A stretch of 64,000 nucleotides of DNA. It comes from Thermotogota bacterium. Lineage in GTDB: Bacteria > Thermotogota > Thermotogae > Thermotogales > Fervidobacteriaceae. Below are positions 26,602 to 33,641 of this stretch, one piece after another. Every line of letters begins with the position of its first letter. Position 1 is the stretch's first letter. The DNA lies in the NCBI GenBank assembly GCA_030550315.1, contig JAUQPP010000001.1, forward strand, positions 11,348 to 75,347, in the 5' to 3' direction. The translations under genes and the position numbers were made by a program. A model generated the notes under the pieces. It was not told the origin of the DNA, did no database searches, and saw nothing but the letters and a program-made list of their open reading frames with translations.

Positions 26602-26891
26602 ACCGCATGAAGAATTTTACCATAGGTACAGAATTTTTCAAGGGATGAAATTCTGAAAGTCTTGAATGAGGTTCAAGCTAAAGAGTTTTTTTGCATTTTC
26701 GCAGTAAGTGGTTTGCTAGATAACGAATACACACTAACTATAATCGGATTCTTCGTGCGAGCTTGTGATTTTTATCATCTTTTTATCAACAAGTTTCCAA
26801 ATTTATTTGGATGTTTTTTGTAAAATAACAGCGAAAAATCTCCCGTTAGTGGGTTACTTCTTCTCATAAATTGAAGAGGGAGGTTTGGAGG

Positions 26892-27332
26892 ATGAAAAAG
26901 TTACTGGTTCTCTCGTTGTTGGCGGTTGCGTTCTTAGTGTTTGCGGCAGGTGACGTACGTATACCGTTCACAAATAACAGAGCAACCTGGAGTCAAACGC
27001 TGAACTTTGCCGTCAGACAGTACATCAGAGTTATCTGGGAGTATGACGAAACAGCACCTGTTATGGTTGACGAAACAACAAAGGTGGCGTCCGTTGGTAC
27101 ACTCACTTTCCAATCCAACAAGAGGTTTAGCGTGTTTTACAGCACGGGAAGTTTACCAGAGGGTGTAGGAATCGGTAGTGTGAAGATTGGAACGGTGACG
27201 ATCGGTAACAGTGAAGGTTCGGCCACACCGGTAACAAATAAGACACTTTCTGGAAACTTTACGGTTGAATTTTGGAGCCTTCCTGACCAAGACTTCACAA
27301 TAAGGATCGATTTCAACTTCATCGCAATGTAG
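26892..27332 (+). CDS. Small secreted beta-rich protein, paralog 1 (candidate fibre or surface subunit)
   Basis: ORF 26871..27332. ATG at 26892 follows GGAGG. Signal peptide MKKLLVLSLLAVAFLVFA. It shares YIRVIW.YDE, FSVFY, TIGN, TPV.NK.LSG and DF.I.I.FNF.A with the next gene. Confidence 0.7.
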   Translation: MKKLLVLSLLAVAFLVFAAGDVRIPFTNNRATWSQTLNFAVRQYIRVIWEYDETAPVMVDETTKVASVGTLTFQSNKRFSVFYSTGSLPEGVGIGSVKIGTVTIGNSEGSATPVTNKTLSGNFTVEFWSLPDQDFTIRIDFNFIAM

Positions 27333-27430
27333 TTTTCTTTAGATATGGTCGGGATTTGTATTAAAAAGCGGAAGCCGTCAGGCTTCCGCTTGTAATTTTT
27401 GTGAGTTTTCGAAAAGGAGGATTTTTTAGA

Positions 27431-27844
27431 ATGGCCAAACTCCTGCGATTAGTTCTTCTAAATCTTTTACTTGCTGCTCAATCAGTAATGCCAAATTACG
27501 TACGCATCGTGTGGACTTACGATGAAAACGCCTGGATTAATGTTGATCCGTTCACATCGACAGGCATCAACGTTAGAGTAGGATACCTCTATATAGAATC
27601 GCCGGTCAAATTTTCGGTTTATGTAACCTACAGTGTAACAGATATATCTGGTATGAATCCTGTTCCGGTGAGGTTGACGAGCGTTACTTTAGGAAACAAA
27701 AGTATCTCTATGAACCCAAGTTATCCAACTCCTGTGAATAATAAATTTTTGTCTGGAATGCTCTATCTGGGACTTTTGTTTATCGAACCCATCAAAATAG
27801 ATGATTTCAGGTTAACTTTAACTTTCAATTTTTCCGCGCTGTAA
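27431..27844 (+). CDS. Small secreted beta-rich protein, paralog 2
   Basis: ORF 27401..27844. ATG at 27431 follows AAGGAGG. Hydrophobic N-terminus MAKLLRLVLLNLLLAAQS. Clear paralogy to 26892..27332. Confidence 0.7.
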   Translation: MAKLLRLVLLNLLLAAQSVMPNYVRIVWTYDENAWINVDPFTSTGINVRVGYLYIESPVKFSVYVTYSVTDISGMNPVPVRLTSVTLGNKSISMNPSYPTPVNNKFLSGMLYLGLLFIEPIKIDDFRLTLTFNFSAL

Positions 27845-27845
27845 C

Positions 27846-29297
27846 CTACCAGCGAAGTGCTAAACCGAATCCGAAGTTCTGATGACTGTCCATGAGAGTC
27901 ACAAAACCTATAGTCCCCCAGCTATATTTGAGCCCCAACTCAACTCCCAGATACGTCGAACCTTCCTTTTCATAGCTATAGTAGAGTGTTGTGTAAAGTG
28001 TTTTTAAAAACTCAAGACCAAGTTGAGCCAGAAGTACGAACGAAAATTGTTTTTTCTGTACCTCGAACATGAGCTTTGGTATCAGACTGAATGTTCCGAA
28101 ACTCAGTTTTTCAGCTAAGATGATATAAACCTCTTCCTGTGGTGGCGAAGAGTAACCAAGCCCAACCCACATCATACTGGTTATTCTTGATATATATTCG
28201 ACTCTTTTGAGAGCTAGCATGTGAATTGTGGTCCCTGTATTCAATTTTAAGTTTACGAGTGTTGAATCACTAGAAAAACTGAAGGACAATTCACCGGGAA
28301 TTTTGAAAACTACGTAAAAAGCTGTCTGATTGTCTTGTTGACACTCTCGGGAACTTTTTTCTGAAGCTGGAACCGAAAATTTTTCTGGTCGCACTGTGGA
28401 AAGTTCTTCAGGAATATCCAGATAACTTATTATCAGATGATAGTCATCCTTAGACTCAGCAACAAATTCAAACTGGTGGGTTTTTGAGCTGTCGATTTGA
28501 TACGATGTTACTTCCATATCCGTTTCTATCTCAAACTTGGAGGCACTGAACCTTATAAGAAGGTTTTCGTTAACTTGAAAACTGGCCATATTTTGTTTTT
28601 CTTCAATCTGCATTCCGACTTCTGAGAAAGTAACCAGCCCATAAGTGGTTCTCACCATTCGCGCTTTAGTAAGGACCTTTAACAATTCCTTCAAGGTATT
28701 TCGTTCCAACTGGCCTGTTGTGGAGATAAGAGCTTTGGATACACTTACCACGTAAATAACCATTCTGTAGCTATCCTTCTGTGAATCAATACGCTCTAAG
28801 GTTTGGAGCAAATGCTTGCCAGTTTCATCGGATGTGCCAAGAATGATGACCCTATCATCGTAAGCAAAACACTCGACTCCGAAAGTTTTTATCATTTCTG
28901 CAAGTTCTTGGGATTCTCTGTGTCTTGTTACATACTCTCTGAAAGTTAGTTTCGAGCTTTTCCAAGATTGGTCAAAGAGAACATAGACTTTATTTCCAAT
29001 CCGTAAATAATCGAGATTTGCAGCTTGCGAGAGAAATCTTAGGACAGTTTCTAATTCAGCGTTTTTCAGTTGTAGGTTAACTCTCCTCTTTGCGATGTCA
29101 TTACTGTAGACAAATGTTACGTCAAACTCTTTTGCGATGTGCTCCAATGCGTTGGTAAGCTCTGTATCAGTAAAGGAAATGTCAACTTGGGCCAGTATCG
29201 TAGCACTAATCGTTAAAATCATTAAAAATGCCACTACTGCGAATCGAGGATTACTGATTGTGAGTATTTTGAAAAGTAACTTCAACAAGCTAATCAA
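27846..29297 (-). CDS. Secretin-N-like (N0/STN + N1) protein with a divergent C-terminal beta-barrel-like region
   Basis: 483 aa. N0/STN-like: VDISFTDTELTNALEHIAKEFDVTFVYSNDIAKRRVNLQLKN...VLRFL. N1-like: REYVTRHRESQELAEMIKTFGV..DDRVIILGTSD. The C-terminus ends ...NFGFGLALRW (terminal aromatic, OMP-like). It lacks the conserved secretin C-terminal LG..P.LG.LF box. The start may be TTG 29288 rather than 29297. Confidence 0.65.
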   Translation of the reverse strand: MISLLKLLFKILTISNPRFAVVAFLMILTISATILAQVDISFTDTELTNALEHIAKEFDVTFVYSNDIAKRRVNLQLKNAELETVLRFLSQAANLDYLRIGNKVYVLFDQSWKSSKLTFREYVTRHRESQELAEMIKTFGVECFAYDDRVIILGTSDETGKHLLQTLERIDSQKDSYRMVIYVVSVSKALISTTGQLERNTLKELLKVLTKARMVRTTYGLVTFSEVGMQIEEKQNMASFQVNENLLIRFSASKFEIETDMEVTSYQIDSSKTHQFEFVAESKDDYHLIISYLDIPEELSTVRPEKFSVPASEKSSRECQQDNQTAFYVVFKIPGELSFSFSSDSTLVNLKLNTGTTIHMLALKRVEYISRITSMMWVGLGYSSPPQEEVYIILAEKLSFGTFSLIPKLMFEVQKKQFSFVLLAQLGLEFLKTLYTTLYYSYEKEGSTYLGVELGLKYSWGTIGFVTLMDSHQNFGFGLALRW

Positions 29298-30390
29298 CCT
29301 CCACCATTATGAGAAAAATGATGTAACGTGTTTCTTTTTCGTAATATTTCCACCTGAAGAGACTGCCAATGAATGGAAGGTTTCCCAAGATGGAGATTCC
29401 GCCTTCCTTCTCAATCTTCTTTTCATAAGAGATTGCGCCGAGAACGTAAGGTACTCCGTAGTCTAAGCTGACGTTGGAAGACAACGTTGCCCCTCTTTTT
29501 GCGTTCTCTGAGTTTGTGCCAAACAAAATACCGCTGTAGCTGAAGTTCAGAGTTATGTGGCACTTTTTCGCGGCAAACCTAGGAGTGACTGTTACCTCAA
29601 AGACCTCGGGGTTCTGAACGTTTGAAACCTTACCTTCAGTTATTTGTTGAGTTTGAAGCTGATTTTGAAGCGTGATCTTGTATGTTCGTCCATTTTGTGC
29701 CGTCAACTGACCTGTGCTCAAGATGCGCATTCGCTGGGAATCTTCTTTTCCCTGGAACAAAAGGTTCACGTAACTTCCACTAATAGGTAGTTGCAGAATA
29801 TTGATATGTAAACCTGTCAAATTACCAGTACCAGGAGTCAGAGCGAAGGAATCTAAGAAACCCTCAGAGACATCAAGTACTTTGAATATTATCTTTGCTT
29901 CTCGGGAGGGTGTGTCCAGTCTTGTTATTAGGTTTGCAATCATAGATCCGATGTTAATGGGGGCGTAGATTAAGAGTCGATTTGAATCATTCGTTGATAA
30001 GATGTAGTCCTGTAAAGACTTCGGCAACGAAGAGCGCAAAATTTCGGCATCTGCATGAAAAACCGGTACTTCGAGTAACGTTGCTACCTTAAAAAAATTT
30101 GGGTTAGTTGGATTCATAGTACCCACATAATAAATCCCATCAATTTTTGTCCAGTAATAGTTAAACGGCTTAAGGACAATCTCGATGATATTTTCAACAT
30201 TCTCAGATTCGAATTCAACTGTCACTGTGCCGGTCAAATTCGGTTCGTAGACTATAGGAACACCAGCCTCGGCAGCGATAATGTTCAACGCATCTTTTAT
30301 GTTAAGATTGTAGAAGCTGACGCTCAAACCAAAGATGGTGCTACTTAAAAAAGTAAACAAGAAAAAAGTAAACAAGAACACTACCAGCAA
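29290..30390 (-). CDS. Minimal secretin-family outer-membrane channel (N0 + N1 + secretin domain)
   Basis: 366 aa. N0-like: LSVSFYNLNIKDALNIIAAEAGVPIVYEP.LTGTVTVEF. N1-like: VPVFHADAEILRSSLPKSL...NRLLIYAP. Secretin C-terminal signature: GGISILGNLPFIGSLFRW....RYIIFLI. A possible upstream in-frame CTG at 30417 lies 6 nt after GGAGGG. Confidence 0.8.
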   Translation of the reverse strand: MLVVFLFTFFLFTFLSSTIFGLSVSFYNLNIKDALNIIAAEAGVPIVYEPNLTGTVTVEFESENVENIIEIVLKPFNYYWTKIDGIYYVGTMNPTNPNFFKVATLLEVPVFHADAEILRSSLPKSLQDYILSTNDSNRLLIYAPINIGSMIANLITRLDTPSREAKIIFKVLDVSEGFLDSFALTPGTGNLTGLHINILQLPISGSYVNLLFQGKEDSQRMRILSTGQLTAQNGRTYKITLQNQLQTQQITEGKVSNVQNPEVFEVTVTPRFAAKKCHITLNFSYSGILFGTNSENAKRGATLSSNVSLDYGVPYVLGAISYEKKIEKEGGISILGNLPFIGSLFRWKYYEKETRYIIFLIMVEVD

Positions 30391-30450
30391 CCAAGTCTCG
30401 AGGTTTTTACTTTTCAGAAAAAACCCTCCTTCGACATTAGGATAATCCTA

Positions 30451-30936
30451 CTACAAACCACGTTCGATGAATTTATCGGCTCCGTACGGTTTGAATCTAA
30501 TAATAATATCTGAGGAGGGAATAATACTATCCATTGTTACCTCGAATACTTGTTGAGGTATGAGCACGATTTCTTCATCGTTGACTTTTTGTCCCCTGAT
30601 TAGTATTTCAATGGTGAGCACACAATCTCCGTTATTTTCAAACCTCAAAGTAGACATGTTTGCCTTATCGAGCTTCCTGACATCGAGTGAAGGATTGACA
30701 ACTTTTCCACGCAAAATAACCATGAGCTCCCTTATAACCCTTTCCTCGGTACCTCCTTCCGAAAATATCTTTCCAAACACTAGTCTATCTCCGATAAAAT
30801 CGAAATCCTTTTCCAAAGTCCTAATGTTAAAGCCGTACTCTTTGAAGGGAAGAATTGTTGTTGATTTGGGCGAAACGGAAACTAAATTGTTGTTGAATTC
30901 CACGGAGATTTTCGCGCGCTTGGGGGAGAGATTCAC
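30451..30936 (-). CDS. Hypothetical beta-rich protein (161 aa) in the secretin locus
   Basis: GTG start with a weak RBS and no obvious signal peptide. It is in the same frame as the upstream gene, separated from it by one TAA. Confidence 0.5.
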   Translation of the reverse strand: MNLSPKRAKISVEFNNNLVSVSPKSTTILPFKEYGFNIRTLEKDFDFIGDRLVFGKIFSEGGTEERVIRELMVILRGKVVNPSLDVRKLDKANMSTLRFENNGDCVLTIEILIRGQKVNDEEIVLIPQQVFEVTMDSIIPSSDIIIRFKPYGADKFIERGL

Positions 30937-30999
30937 AACCTTTGCAGGGAAAGTATTGTTCTTCGTTTTTTCAGTTATGAGTACAATGTCTGGTAAGAA

Positions 31000-31848
31000 T
31001 TAGTAAACGGCGTAATTTGCCACGTTGTTGTTCGAGAATGTGAACTGAGCGAATGTTTCTACGTCAAAAGATCTTGCCTGTAGAGTGAAACCCAAAGTTC
31101 CTTCGGGTAGGATGTAAGGTGTGTAGAATTCCAAGGTAGAGGTTTTCCCGGGGAAAACCACTAAGTCTAAGCTTTCTATTTTATGTGAGTATACACTTGT
31201 TTTTAGTTCTTTCGAGTGAATGTCGAGCGTACCAGTCGGTATGAAAACTCCGTTTCCGTTGTTTTTAAACTTGATCCTGACCAACGTACCAAAATCGGGA
31301 TAACCTTCGACTTTTTCTTCGTTCAAATCTTGCAACTTGACTTCCGTAACTGTAATAGAATAGTTCAGCGGAAGTTGCTTGAGCCTTATGAAGAACGGAA
31401 TTATATAGTTCAGCCTGACCTCAACTGTGCCTTGAGAAACTCCCTCCTGACGAAGTTTTACAGCGAAACTTCCAACACCACCTGGGAAACTCGATGGTAC
31501 GTTAAAGTTTAACGTAACCTCGCGCTGTTCGTTGGGTTCCAAGATAAATTCCGATTCGCTTGGCGTGACGTATTCCTTCAAAGTAAAGGGATAATCAGGA
31601 GCGTTGAAAATGAATTTTCCCTCATCAGTTATCAAATCAATTATTTCGACTGTTACCCTTGAATTTCTCGGTAGATCATTCTTCACAAAAAAAGAATAAC
31701 TGAACTTGTACTTTTCGGTTGTGATTCGATAGATAAGGCTCGGATAGATCTCCAAAGCGTGTGCAGTTGAGCTTAGCCAGAAGAGTGTAAGCATAGCAAA
31801 GATTATAACTGGCAGTTTAGCTCTCATCTTCTGTATGGACATTTTCAA
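31000..31848 (-). CDS. Secreted two-domain beta-sandwich protein, PapD-like/Ig-like (putative periplasmic chaperone or DUF916-like surface protein)
   Basis: 282 aa. Signal peptide ...LFWLSSTAHA. Alternating beta-strand patterns include LEIYPSLIYRI, FSYSFFVKN, RVTVEIIDL, FILEPNEQREVTLNFNVP and VEVRLNYIIPFFIRL. The call is pattern-level resemblance only. Confidence 0.55.
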   Translation of the reverse strand: MKMSIQKMRAKLPVIIFAMLTLFWLSSTAHALEIYPSLIYRITTEKYKFSYSFFVKNDLPRNSRVTVEIIDLITDEGKFIFNAPDYPFTLKEYVTPSESEFILEPNEQREVTLNFNVPSSFPGGVGSFAVKLRQEGVSQGTVEVRLNYIIPFFIRLKQLPLNYSITVTEVKLQDLNEEKVEGYPDFGTLVRIKFKNNGNGVFIPTGTLDIHSKELKTSVYSHKIESLDLVVFPGKTSTLEFYTPYILPEGTLGFTLQARSFDVETFAQFTFSNNNVANYAVY

Positions 31849-32645
31849 GCCTCCTCCGCTAAAATTTGTGTGACAAGCTGCCTTCTGAACAAAATTTGTT
31901 CGAGAATCTCCAAAGCTTCCTCTTCTTTGACCAACATGAGCTTGGCAAACGACTGCATCCTTCTTTTCACACCTTCAAAAGTTTTGAGTGAATCTTCGCT
32001 ACTTTCTAGAAGAAGAAGCCAATAGTCGTTCAATCTCACCACCAAATCGCCCTTCCTAAAGCTAAAGCTTTCGATTGTCAGGTTCCCATCAAATTTTGCT
32101 AAAGCAAGCACAAAAGGCTTTCTTCTCATCTTCAGTTGCTGCTGCACCAACACATAGGCTTTTTGTAGATTGGAAACAACGTATGTTTCCGACTCGTGCC
32201 TGAGGTACTGGAGAATCATCTCGTTGATACGTCTTCTGAACGTTTCAATCCATTTTTCAGAAAATCCCAGTAAAAATTCATCGGGTTTGAACATTTTTAC
32301 CTTTTCCGCATTTCCAGGTAACGAAAGAAGTTCCAACAATTCATCGTAATCTGTTCGGAAGATCTTCCGGTTTACCCTTATAAACTCTCTCTCACTCGAA
32401 AGTTCTAACGTCGATATTCCAAGGTTTCTTCTAAGATAGTAAAGTTGAACATTCAAGTTTTTGTGGACATAACTATCAGGGAAACCTTCGTAAAACAATT
32501 GGCCAATTTCCGATATTGAAACAAAGTCTGTTCGTTTGACAAGAATGTACACAAGTATTAGAAGGGCCTTTTTCGACAAGAAATTTGATATCTCGTCACC
32601 AGCTTTAAAAATCTGAAGCTGCCCAAAGGTTTTAACGTAAAACAT
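31845..32645 (-). CDS. SARP-type transcriptional regulator (OmpR/SARP winged helix + BTAD-like region + extra C-terminal domain)
   Basis: ORF 31845..32666. The likely ATG is at 32645. wHTH: MFYVKTFGQLQIFKAGDEI...LSKKALLILVYIL...NLNVQLYYLRRNLG. BTAD-like: FRTDYDELLELL...FLLGFSEKWIETFRRRI. Confidence 0.6.
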   Translation of the reverse strand: MFYVKTFGQLQIFKAGDEISNFLSKKALLILVYILVKRTDFVSISEIGQLFYEGFPDSYVHKNLNVQLYYLRRNLGISTLELSSEREFIRVNRKIFRTDYDELLELLSLPGNAEKVKMFKPDEFLLGFSEKWIETFRRRINEMILQYLRHESETYVVSNLQKAYVLVQQQLKMRRKPFVLALAKFDGNLTIESFSFRKGDLVVRLNDYWLLLLESSEDSLKTFEGVKRRMQSFAKLMLVKEEEALEILEQILFRRQLVTQILAEEA

Positions 32646-33434
32646 CTCTCGGTTTGTTCCCTCCACTGACGAATTTTTCGAGTTCCGAGCTATTTATGTA
32701 AATTAAGTATTCATCACTGGACAAAGGAAAGATAGAACTGGCAACTTTGAAAAGATCAAGCCGTTGTGCGTTGTTCACTGAGACAATTCTGACAGGCACT
32801 ATATTTCTATCAGTGTTGCTTTCCATAAACAAGTTCCTTAAGGTTGGCACCTTTACTTTGTGAAATTCTAAAATTTTCGGAAGGTCTGAGAAAGTTAACC
32901 AAGTTGAAAGAGTAGTCGCAAGTAGGTTGATTAGTTTAATTCTGGTATGAAGATTTAATCTTCTGAAAATCAGAAGCTTTATTAGTGTGTTTGCCAGCAA
33001 GTCTTCCAACAACTCACGATACGTAATAACCCAAAAATTATCGATGAAGTGCAGGAAAGGTGTTCTATAGAGTTGAAAGAGTTCATTTAGGTACTGGTTG
33101 ATTTCTAAATCGCTATGCTCAAAGCGTTGCAACAATGACAAGACTTCATGTAATCGGAGTACGTCAACGTCGACGTTAAGTTCCAGGAAGATTTCCTTGT
33201 TGGATGAACGTACAACGCAAAGGGGAGAAACTTTTCTTCCTAGACTTCGCAAAATCTTCCTTACGTTTTTCTCATCTAAAGGCTCAAGATAATCCGCAGC
33301 AAGTATCCGGGAAAGAGTGTGAAAAGTTCCTCTCCCGTTATTTACAATTAGGTACGCAAAAACTATCGTCTCACTTTTTGTGAGCTTGGTCTTGGCTTCT
33401 CTTCGATTATAAAACCATCAAGGAATCTTACCAT
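32632..33434 (-). pseudogene. Second SARP/BTAD-type regulator, reading frame disrupted near the 5' end
   Basis: ATG 33434 opens MVRFLDGFIIEEKPRPSSQKVRR*, with the stop at 33365-33363. A different frame, open from 33417, continues ...KTKLTKSETIVFAYLIVNNGRGTFHTLSRILAADYLEPLDEKNVRKILRSLGRKV (wHTH) into the track ORF 32632..33252, which carries the BTAD-like NVDVDVLRLHEVL...LFQLYRTPFLHFIDNFWV. That frame has no canonical start upstream of TTG 33252. Confidence 0.5.
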
Positions 33435-33549
33435 ACCTCTCTACCTTCAGGTTGGAATCCAGAATTTAGTGTCGGCTAACTATTTTTTATTATATCACGT
33501 CACGCTGATATCTGCAAAACAAGCATTTTGATGAAAGAAAGCGATGTTA

Positions 33550-33558
33550 TGATATAAT
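33550..33558 (+). promoter_or_regulatory. Candidate extended -10 promoter element upstream of pyk
   Basis: TGATATAAT (TGnTATAAT form), about 85 nt upstream of the pyk ATG. A weak TTGATG lies 19 nt upstream. Confidence 0.35.
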
Positions 33559-33641
33559 ATGAAAAGCAAATAGTTAGGCACGTTGATCTGAAGATTTAAG
33601 CTTAATATATGACCATGCTGAAAAGTTGGGAGGTGCCGGAA

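Noticed and set aside
26892-33434. Hypothesis that the secretin locus is an integrated filamentous (inovirus-like) prophage. The grounds were the pIV-sized secretin, the adjacent tRNA genes and the small proteins.
   Set aside because: The locus has no Zot/pI-like ATPase, no rolling-circle replication initiator, no ssDNA-binding protein, no integrase, and no visible attachment-site repeat of the tRNA 3' end.
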